A stretch of DNA of 63,958 bases, counting the filler, from Octopus bimaculoides (lineage: Eukaryota): NCBI RefSeq assembly GCF_001194135.2. It is 5 parts of 4 records of this genome, joined end to end, with 100 filler letters (N's around TTAATTAATTAA, not from the genome) between each part and the next. Parts side by side here need not be neighbours in the genome. Positions count along the whole stretch, not along the records: positions 1 to 31,220 come from NC_068988.1; 4 more parts are not named here. One strand, 5' to 3'. Both the position numbers and the translations under genes were made by a program. Of the stretch, positions 1 through 11,600 are shown in pieces. Under the pieces are notes generated by a model. It ran no database searches. It was given only the letters and a program-made list of their open reading frames with translations, and had not been told where the DNA came from. Positions within the stretch are counted from its first letter, which is position 1. Each line of letters starts with the position of its first letter.

Positions 1-204
1 ATATATATACATATATATATATATACGTATATAAACATATATATATATATACATATACATATATATAAATATATATATATATACATGTGCATACATATAT
101 AAACATATATATACATATATATGCATATACATACATATATATACATATACATATATATATATACATATACATACATATACATATATATACATATACATAT
201 ACAT

Positions 205-243
<39 letters not shown>
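1..243. repeat. (TA)n/(CA)n compound microsatellite
   Basis: Direct reading. Confidence 0.97.
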
Positions 244-244
<1 letters not shown>

Positions 245-768
245 TAAACTATTTGATTTATGACTTATTTTCCTGTGTGTGAACAGATGACTGCTGTACA
301 CTGTCATGATGATTAGAACAATATACAAATTAACTATTTTAATTATAACAGGAATCATAACAGCCACCGAACACACATGATATAAATTAATAAACACAGC
401 ATTTTTCCTATTGATTAATGTCATTCGCTTTTAGCTCCCTTAATCCTTAAACTCCAAATAAATGAACCTTTATATGGAAGGAATTATTTATCCATTAATC
501 CCTGATGATATGATATGGAGGATTATGTTAATCTACCATAATTCAATGGCATTACTTCCCATATATATACTTATCCATTCTCGAGAATTTTGGTGAAAAT
601 AAGAAGTTTTAGATATGTAGAAAATTAGGAGAAATAGGGAAATGTGAAAGAAAGAATATGACGACGGCGGTTAAAGAGGAGAGAAGTAGAGGGTGCTGGA
701 GGTGGTGGTCATATGTGGCTACAGGTGCAATAGTGTTCTGAGAGCAAAGTGAAAAGTTTATGTCATTT

Positions 769-965
769 TCAAGGTCCCTTGATAGCATTCCTTCTATTTA
801 ATGGGAAATATTCAGGGCCTGATGCAGCAAAGTTACAATATTCACAATATCCAGGAGGGCCAGGCAAACCTGGGGCTCCTCTGTGACCTTGAGATCCTGG
901 AGGTCCATGTAAACCCCTTTCTCCAGGGCGACCAACACCGGAGGGACCAACTGGTCCAGGAGGAC
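769..965 (-). CDS. Collagen terminal exon (end of COL1 + NC1 + stop)
   Basis: Acceptor ttttgtgttcctag|GT CCT CCT GGA (phase 1); encodes [65 protein letters not shown]; stop TGA at 769-771. Confidence 0.93.
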
Positions 966-1193
966 CTAGGAACACAAAACAAAAAATTCTTTTAATTTTA
1001 ATACAATATATTCCTTTAATAATTCTATTTTTTGACACAAGGCCAGCAACTTTAGGGGGATGGGGTTCGTTGATTACATCTTCACCAGTATTTGACTGGC
1101 AATTTTTATCGATCTTGAAAGGATGAACAGCAAAGTCGACTTTGGCAGGATTTGAACTCAGATTGTAAAGGGCTGATTCTGCCAGCTCAGCAT

Positions 1194-1249
<56 letters not shown>

Positions 1250-3988
1250 GACAAAGGAAGTGAAATAGAACCATTATGTGTGTATTATTGGCATACTGAC
1301 CCTCCTAAGATACAACAACATCTGTTTCAACATACAAGTTCACATCAAGAATCTTGCAAATAAAAATGAAATACTTGGCTATTTATAATACATAAAGGTT
1401 TTGCTTCATCATCCAGTTTCTCCTTTGAATTCCAGCAAAATCCTTGTTTAAATATTTCAACAAACTTATTTTTCATCTTTTACTTGGAAGAGTTTTTAGT
1501 AGAACGAATCCACCTCAATACTTTTCTTTTTAAGCCTGATTCTTTATTCTATCGGTCTCTATTGACAAACTGGTAAGTTATGAAGATGTAGACAAACCAG
1601 CACCGGTAGTGGGGCTCACACACAGACACACACACACACACATATACAATGGGCTTCTTTCAGTTTACATCTACCAAATGCACTGACAAGCCTTTGGCTG
1701 GCCCGAGGCTATAGTAGAAGACACTTGTCCAAGGTGCCATGCGATAGGCTTGAACCTGGAACCATGCTGTTGGGAAGCAAGCTTCTTACCACACAGCCAT
1801 ACCTGTGCCTTATATTAATGTTTGATGGAATTGGTAAGTCCCTTAACCAAAACCTCCTCATGTACAGTAGAAATGGTGGTTTATAAACTATTTACAAGAA
1901 CCTGAACTATTCAATTATTATTCTGTTATTCTTTTATTTCTTTCAGTCATTTGACTGCGGCCATGCTGGAGCAGCGCCTTTAGTCGAGCAAATCGACCCC
2001 AGGACTTATTCTTTGTAAGCCTAGAACTTATTCTATTGGTGTCATTTTGCTGAACCGCTAAGTTACAGGGACGTAAACACACCAGCATCGGTTGTCAAGC
2101 GATGTTGGTGGGGACAAACACAGATATACAAGCATATACAACGGGCTTCTTTCAGTTTCCGTCTACCAAATCCACTCACAAGGCTTTGGTCGGTCCGAGG
2201 CTGTAGTAAAAGACACTTGCCCAAGGTGTCACGCAATGGGACTGAACCCAGAACCATGTGGTTGGTAAGCAAATTACTTAACACACAGCCACCCCTGCGC
2301 CTATTAATGAATTCTACTAATTAAAATTTCTAATTTTGGATATTCAAGAAAGCCTGTTGTTGCAACAGAGATAAAGGAATTTCACGAAGCAGAAAGAAAA
2401 ACAAAAATTAACAAAATTTAAATAAAAAAACTCAAAATATACATATACTGACTCAATAATCGTATTTTGAATATATTTCAAAAAAATTGTGACTAAAACT
2501 GGCAAAAAAAAGAATTCCACACTCTACCTGTTCTTCCTCTTAAACCAGGTTTGCCAATTCTTCCAGTGCCAGTAAGACCTCTGTCACCCTTTTCTCCCCT
2601 GGGACCTGAAAGAGATATGTGTGTATAAATGATACAAATAAAGAAATAACTCAAACAGGAAGTGACAAGATTAGATGTGCGTGTAAGAGAGAGGGGTGAG
2701 AAGGAGGGGAAAGGAGAGAAGGGTATAGAGGGAGAGTGTAAGAGAGACATACAGAAAGATGGGGAGAGAAAGAGAGAGAGAGAGAGAGAGTTGATGTATT
2801 TGGCATTATTTTTTTTTAAATCCTTCTTAATGAAATAAAATTTAGATTTTCCTTTCTTACCAACACGTCCTATTGGACCCATGGGCCCTTGAAGACCTGG
2901 GATTCCTACAAATCCTCGTTCACCTGGGGGTCCAGGAGCACCACGCTCACCTAAAAACATTTCAATGGAAAAATTAAACTTATTTAATTTAATAATAGAT
3001 TTTACTCATTGCAAATTGGGAAAAGAATGCATTTTTTAATGATAAAAAGAAATTAATATTCACCTTAAAAAAAACAATCAAGGCAAACATGCAAGACTCA
3101 TTTTCTTGGTTTATAATAGTAATTAGGTAATTAGATTATTTATTATATTTTTATTCTTTTATTTGTTTCAGTCATTTGACTGTGGCCATGCCTTTAGTCG
3201 AAGAAATCAGCCCCAAGATTTATTCTTTGTAAGCCTAGTACTTAAAACATCCTGAAGAGTACAATACAAATTAGCATAATTTATGCTTTATCATCATCCT
3301 CATCATTTAATGTCCGTTTTCCATGCTGGCATTCTAGAATTAAAAAAAAAATTGTTGTATCTCAAGAGACTCATTGTACCAATATTAGACAAATGGTGTA
3401 TGTTTATCATTGGCATAACGAACCTCCCAAAAATGCAACCAAATGTGTTTCAGCACCTGAATTCACTTTATTAGAATCTTGCAGGAAAATAGGAAAACAA
3501 AGTTTTTAAAATCATATTTATAAAGGCACCATTAAAATAAACAATAGCTGACCCACGTTCAATAAGCAAACTTTGATGGGAATAGATCTGAGGGAAAAGA
3601 GTTTTCTACACACGAAATCAAAAATCATAAATATGCAACATCTTACCTGGGGTACCCATCAATCCAGGAGGACCTGGTCGACCTCTTTTCCCTACACCCA
3701 TTGGTCCTGGGGGTCCTTTCAGATCAGCTGTTAAGTCTTCAAGACGTTCTGTAATTTAATGAATAATTGTTTATTTCCATAGAAAATATATAATTAACAT
3801 AATCAATATAATTAATATAATTAACATAATTAATATCATTAGCATGTCTTACATTCCTTAGATTTATACATACTTTGTCATTTACTTTTTCCAGTCATTG
3901 AACTGTGGCCATGCTGGGGCACTGCTTTGAAGGGCTTTAGTTGACCAAATTGACCCTAGTATATCATATTTCTATATATTTACACACA

Positions 3989-4062
<74 letters not shown>

Positions 4063-7000
4063 TACATATATTATTTTTATAATTAAGGTTTTGTTGGAAC
4101 TCCTTCACTTGGCTTGATACCTGCAGCCTACAGTACCATGCTATTTGTTCTTTTCAACTATCCAATTTTTTCCTGATGATGCTGACCATGGATTCCTTGC
4201 ACTCCCCAGACCAAGCAAGCATTTGTGTCCTTAAACAAAATACTTCATTTCACAATACTCTATATATGAGTAACCTTGTGATCGACTGGTACCCCATCCA
4301 GTGGAATGTTGTGATGTCAGTCACTTGTATGTCATGGAAACCGGGTAACTAGTCCTGCAAGTCCTAGAATTTGAGACAAAAATGTCCAGACCAACTGTGT
4401 TATCAACTTTTGACTGCTTCCTTGAAGTGATGTGTCTTGTTTTGGCTCATTATTAATCCAATTATTCATATTGCAATCAGTTATTTTAATAGTAGTGAGG
4501 GCATTAGGGCACAAAATTTGAGGCAAAAAAAAAAAAAAAAATGAAAGACTAAATTAGAAACATTTTTAGAAAGCAAAAATTTAGAAAATGTAGTTTTTGA
4601 AATAAATAATTAATTTGACCTTAGGAAAATTTCCTGCTTCCTCAAAATAAAAAAAAACAAAAACAAATAAGTAAATTGATATGAATAAATATATAAATAG
4701 ATGTCTTAAAGAAGATAACCAGAGATGAAATTATGGTAAGTTTCCTTATGACATTAAAATAATTGTCTTTTAATTGCTTACCTCTTAGAATTCGGTAAAC
4801 AAGTTGACGTATCTCATTTTCTGCAATGCTTCGACCCTGAAAGAGAAGGAAATGTCAATTTTGTTAAAGAAGCTGTTGGTTCCAATAGCTTTTTTGGGGA
4901 GTTTTTCTTTCTTTTAGTTTTACCAAAGTCTGTTTATATCTCATTCCTTCACATTTAAACATGGAAAAAAAAAAAAAAAACAGTTTCTCTTTTGTTTGTA
5001 TATTAATTTCTTTTTTAAAAATGTTTTTATGACTTTAAATGTTTATTCTGTTTGTTTATTTCTAAATTTGTTTATGTAAATATATTCAAATATATTCAAA
5101 TATAAAATCACAAATGAGAACAGTGATGGTGGATCTCTGTCATTCTGCAACGAAGATTCAGTTGTCTGATCAACTGAACCATTTGCTCTTGAATTAACAA
5201 ATAAGTGGCTAAGTATACCACAGACATATGTACATCATCATCATAATCATTATCATCATTTAATATCCATTTTCCATGCTGGCATGGATTGGATGGTTTG
5301 ACAAGAGCTGGCAAGCCCGGGAGCCACACCAGGCTCCAATTGTCTGATTTGGCATGGTTTCTATGGTTGAATGCCCTTCCTAATGCAAACCACTTAACAG
5401 AGTGGACTGGGCACCGGCACAAGAGCTTTTTTTATGTGGGGCCAGTACAAGTGCTTTTTACGTGTACTCTTAAAGTAATCCTCAGGCTGAATCAGCATGG
5501 CATAATATGCCTGACAAGGGGGTACTTTCTGAATCACAGGGACAGTCCATTTAATGGGCTTCTGTACAGTTTCTACCAAGCCAGTTTCTCATACAAAATA
5601 TGGATTTGCCCAAGGCTATTGAAAAGGACATTTGCCCAAGATGTATGCAGTGGAATTGAACTGAGACCTCATGGTTTTAGAACTAACTTCTTAACTATTT
5701 GGCCATACTGCAGCTACAGTGACAGAAATAATCGGTGTCTAAGTAGATATAATGCAAATTTGAAAGCTTACATTGCTGTGCTTCTAAGGCAAATGGTTGC
5801 ACGGAAGTATGTTGACAATTATTGCTTATGTGAATGTTAGATTGAAGAGGATTAAATCAATTCAAAGTGGATGTTTATGGAGAAAAAACTTTTATTACAA
5901 AAAAGCAGAAGAGTTTGAGCTTGTCAGTTGCTTTATAGCTTTAATGAGTCCAAAGAGTTTAATAAATAAAGCAGAACTCGTTGAGAAGCAAATTGTTTAA
6001 TTAATGAATTAGTTTTGGAGAATGTTTTTTAAGAATCAGAGTAAAACCACATTGTAAAAAAATTCTAAAAAATGATAAGAAGGTGAAAAAAGAAAAAAAC
6101 TTACAGAAATGTTTCAGGATGTCTCAAGTGGTACATTGTAAAGAATTTGGGAATTACATTTTAGAATTAATCTTTTTATCCCTTTTGATACCAATCTGCT
6201 CAAAACTGAATCTAGTTCTATAATATAAGTTCCCCATTTTAATATGAATTTAATTAAAGCCTTCCATTAAAATTCCACGTTAATTTATGCTTCAAACACC
6301 AGTTTAACAACAGCAAAATTATTACCCTGGATTCTTTACTATTTGCAACAATTAACATGGAGCTACCATGCTGCAGTTTATGGTGTAGTGTCAGCCATAA
6401 GCATGCCACTCGCTCTGTCATCATATTCTTTTATGTCTTTCATAATCTTTTGATTAATTGCTCGGAAATCTTGTCAATTCTCACCAGTCACATTTCCTCT
6501 TCTAACCTGTTTTCTCATTCTGGCTGCTTCAAAATATTCCTGCCTATCACCATCGTCCATACATTTCTCTCTCCCTTTTAGCTTTGCCGTTCATCGTACG
6601 ACCGACCCCTTCCAGTTCTATTCCTTGCATTAATTCCATTCCTTTCCTTCTGAGTTAATGCCTTTTTTTTTCATCATTCCTAATTCTCCTCTCTTTATTC
6701 CTAATTCTTATTTCTTATCTTCATTCTTTCTCTTAACCGTTCCCTGCCGCCTTCGCTTCAGCTCTCACAGTCCTGCCCCACGATCTCTGTTCACAGTAAC
6801 ACACCAAACTGCGTTTTGGTAATAAAATATTTAAGAAGTATTTGACATTATAAAATTGGCACACAAACACATTCTCACACATATAAACGCTAATGGCGTG
6901 GAGACATATACTTTTCTACTCTAGGTACAAGGCCCGAAATTTTGGGGGAGGTGTGGGGGGTCGAACGATTAGATCGATCCCAGTACGCAACTGGTACTTA

Positions 7001-7201
7001 ATTTATCGACCCCGAAAGGATGAAAGGCAAAGTCGACCTTGGCGTGAAGACATACTCACACCCTTCACTCTCACCCGTATACACATGCGCGAGCACACGC
7101 ACTCATACACACACAGACACACACATACACAAACACACAAACACACCTATTTATCATATGTGTGTTTGAATGTTTGCGTGTACCAACAGCATTCATATGT
7201 G

Positions 7202-7233
<32 letters not shown>

Positions 7234-8563
7234 CGTGACTAGCATTAATTTAAATCCATCTCCCCACCTCTCTCTCTATCGCACACACACACACACATAC
7301 TTTTACTATTTCTTCTCCACAACGTGACAGAGATTTTACACCACAGGAATCTATCATTAGCACTTTAATAGATTGAAACAAAGGCAGTGTATTTCAACAG
7401 AAATGTGGTGAAAAAGAGGGTTAACTGAGATTTAGAAGAATCGTTAACATCTGTTACTAGGTGTTTATCGCTTATTTTTTAATGGAGTCTATAATCTATG
7501 AAAAAAGATATAAATCATTATGACTATAAAAGAAACCATTCCAGATGTTAATGATTGAAAAAGGATTTGAGAAATGATTGATGAAAAAGCAAGTTGAAAT
7601 TTAATTGTTAATATTGCATTAAATAGTTAAATAAATACAATATTTTCTGACAAACCGGTAGTCCTGGCATGCCAGGCATTCCTGTTTGTCCCCGAAGTCC
7701 TCTTGGTCCAGTAACACCTGCAGGTCCTGGCATTCCTGGTATACCAGGGGGTCCTTGGTGTCCTGGAGGCCCAGGCTCACCAGTAGCTCCTCTCTCACCA
7801 GGCTTTGAACAGGAAAAATAGAAGAACACTTTTTAATTAGACAACTGAAAACACAGTTTTAAAAAATTCTTGATTAAAAACAAAAACAAAACATGTGTTT
7901 ACGATGGATTCTTCTGCATTCTTGAAGTCTCAAGAGCAACACAAACAACAAGAAAGAAAAAAAAAGCACACACATACAAGCATTATAATGGATTTATATT
8001 ATCAATATTATCATTTTCACTCATTTAAAATTTATACTCTTTCATCGCTTTTCATTCGTTCGTTTTACATCAGTTTTTCCATGACAGCATGGGTTAGATC
8101 AGTACTTCCCAAAATGGGCAATACCACCCTCTATGGGCGTAGGAAACAAAGTGGGCTATGGGGGTATATACGAAGCACAAAGAATACGTACCTGAGTTTG
8201 GTCAAAGTTAAAATCACGGGCTGATGTGTTTTGGTCTGATATTACGTGTGTGAACATTTAAAAAGGAGTTTGTCATTGGATCATTGCAAGGAGGGGTTTG
8301 TAAAAGGAAAAGTTTGAAAAGCATTGGGTTAGATGAATATATTACTGAAAGTATTGGTTTCCAGTTGGATGCAATTTCTGTCACTAATCCTTACCTGTTT
8401 TACCAGTAAGGGACCTCTTATTTCATGTGACTTCATTTTCAAAGGTATGAAGTCTGTGGATGATTTCTTCACAGAAAAAGTGACAACGGCACTGCTTATA
8501 GCTTATGACTTTTGTGGGATGCGAAAGCAAATGCACACGCACACACACACACACACACACACA

Positions 8564-8659
<96 letters not shown>

Positions 8660-11600
8660 CTCGGACACACATGTACACACTCAAACGTGTATAAATATGA
8701 AAAGCTTCCGATAGTTTTCATCTACCAAAACCGCTACTAAGTCTTTGGTCAGCATAGAGCCATAGCAGAAGATTCTTGACCAAGATGCCCTGCAGTGAAC
8801 TGAATCCAAAACCACGTGATTGGAAAACAAATTTCTTAACCATACAGCCATAAGAAACCATGATTAAAAGCAAATAACTTACCATTCCAGTGGGGCCATT
8901 TTGTCCAGGCTGACCCTAAAACGATAAAACAAAAGCAAGAAAGGTTAATTTATTCGATATTATCAATCAGGTAATCGATTTCGTATTGATTTCATCTCGA
9001 TATTCATTCACGTATAATATTACTTCTATCTTTTTAGTTAGGGGCCTTCAAGACTGGGTGGGGTGGGAGAGAAGAAGGTGCCTTCAAACTGGAAAGTGGA
9101 CTCGTTTGTGTATCAGAAAAATATCTTGTGGTATTTGTTTCGGCTTTTAACGTTTTCAGTTCAAATCGTGCCAAGGTTAAATTTGCCCTTCACCCTACCG
9201 AGATCGATAAAGTACCAGTAAGTACTGGTGTCGATGTAATCGGTTGGTCAACCCTTAAAATCCTGGTCTTGTTTCCAAATCAGTAAAACATCTTAAGGAC
9301 TCCGAAAAAGCATGCAAGGGGCCAGGGAGTGATTTTACTCGGGAAAATGGATTTGATCTAGCATCGAAATAAGCCATGGTGAGATTTGAACTCACAACAG
9401 AAAGAGCTGGAACAAATACCACAAGGTATCTGGTACCATGTCCGTACAGTCCCACTAATCCATCATCTTGACTGCTACTTTTTTATTGACCCCGAAAGGC
9501 TGAAAGACAAAGTCAACTTGAGTAGGATCTGAACCCAAAGTGCAGAAAGTCAAAACAAATACTAACACAAAGCGTTGATATATATATATATATATATANN
9601 NNNNNNNNNNNNNNNNNNNNNNNNNNNNACACACCCATATCGTTGCTATTATGTTAAACTGTCGTATGTCCAAACCTGACCAAATGAGTCTTTTTCAGTG
9701 TTTACTTTTGCTTGCCATAGCCGGTTCTTTTCGTTAAACTGTCGTATCTCCAGCTGCTTCAGATGCTAAGATATCAGAAACTTGTTAAAGTGTAGTACAA
9801 CAGCATTTTGCATTTCGAGCCTATGCTCTTCGACAGAAAGGAACACGGAAATAAACAGGGAGAGAAAATAGAAAAAGGTTCAGTGGTTAGCGATCTATCA
9901 TGGCGAATGCCGGACATGGACTGAATGCCTCGTTTACAGATTCCATATTGAAAGAAGATTTAACAGGATTTTTTTGACAACTAATTGATGATGTAATTAA
10001 TCGTATTGTTTACACAATCGTTACTAATTACCTGGGGTCCGTAAGCCATTGATGATCCATCTGATCCAGAAACACCTAATGTATCTCCCTAAAAATGAAA
10101 AGAAACGATCAATGATTATTAAAACTTTTGAGAAAGTGTGACATATCTATGTATTACATATATCATATATATTACATATATAATATATTACATATATGTA
10201 TTACATATATGACATATTACATCTATGTATTACATATTGAGAAATCAACAAACGACATGTTTAATTCTATAAATTTAACTTTTACTTCTTTACAGAACTT
10301 TTCCATTTAAAAGGATAGAAAAAAGAAAACTTCGGTGGGGCAAAATGTTAGCATGATCTCGTGGCACTTCGTTGGTTACGACGACGAGGGTTCCAGTTGA
10401 TCCGATGAACGGAACAGCCTGCTCGTGAAATTAACTTGCAAGTGGCTGAGCACTCCACAGACACGTGTACCCTTAACGTAGTTCTCGGGGAGATTCAGCG
10501 TGACACAGGGTGTGACAAGGCTGGCCCTTTGAAATTACAGTTACAACAGAAACAGGAAGAAAAAGTGAGAGAAAGTTGTGGCGAAAGAGTACAGCAGGCT
10601 TCGCCACCATCCCCTGCTGGAGACACGTGGAGCTTTAGGAGTTTTCACTCAATAAACACTCACAACGCCCGGTCTGGGAATCGAAATCGCGATCCCACCA
10701 CCGCTGCCCCAACTACTGGGCCATTGTGCCTCTACGTTAGCATGATAATTCTCGATGTAAGGATTAGATGAACCTTTTATCCCTGTATCTCTCCTCTTGC
10801 ATTTTAGAAAGTAATTTAATGGAATTTGTAAATTATAAGTAGGACGGCATAGAAACATACTTCGTTGTGAATATATGAAACAACAGTAACAATGAAATCA
10901 ACTTACACGGTCTCCTTTTGGTCCTACCGGCCCGGGAGGTCCCTGGAAATGCACAAAATTTCAAACAATTACCATTAAAATAGAATGTGTAAACTTTAAT
11001 AAATCAAAATTTTAATGTAATCATTCATAATTTTTTAAGCTTCATTTGTCTTTTGTCAAAGACGAGGGAAACAGAAAGTAAATGATGTAAGGATTTTAAT
11101 TCTAGCGGCATCACAAATGGTTTTTCCATGATAAATTATTGCATTTCTCTATCACAATAGACGTAAATGTAATAACAATAATAATAATAAACTTAACAAT
11201 ATTGAGCTGAATTGAATAAATAATCTGTATTGAACTCAGGCACTCATTTTTCTTGGTCATCATTTTGCCTTGTTCAAGGTCAGTGGCAAAGCGGGGAGAA
11301 TGCACTCTAAAAAATGGTCTGCGATTATTTTAAGAACTTGTTCTTCATTACCATGGCACATGGACTACACGTATTTACTAAAGGAATGCGGTTTCGATAT
11401 CTCGGAAGGCACCAAGTACAAAAAGAAAAAAAAGGAACAAAGGTAAAAATGAAGTAACTCAGGTGTGAGGCTGAGAAAACTTCATTTCGTCTCTCATTTT
11501 CATTTTTGTCATTCATTGTAACACACACTTTTGTTTCTTTTTGATTGTTATGTGTCCCTACATGTCTTTGTGTTGTCCCTTCTATGTAGGCCCCTTGTGG

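Noticed and set aside
966-1254. N-terminal part of ORF 769..1254 (poly-Val + [10 protein letters not shown]...)
   Set aside because: Read-through of intron: a (CTA)n microsatellite and a SINE A; the real exon starts at 965.
8333-8740. Overlapping His-Thr / Cys-Val repeat ORFs (also near 15600, 23500, 25500, 26100, 39100, 53900)
   Set aside because: Translations of (CA)n, (TA)n, (TATG)n and (AGAT)n microsatellites.
9653-9752. 20-nt direct repeat gttaaactgtcgtat(g/c)tcca at 9653 and 9733
   Set aside because: Only two units next to a gap; probably internal to an unclassified dispersed repeat, with no array structure.
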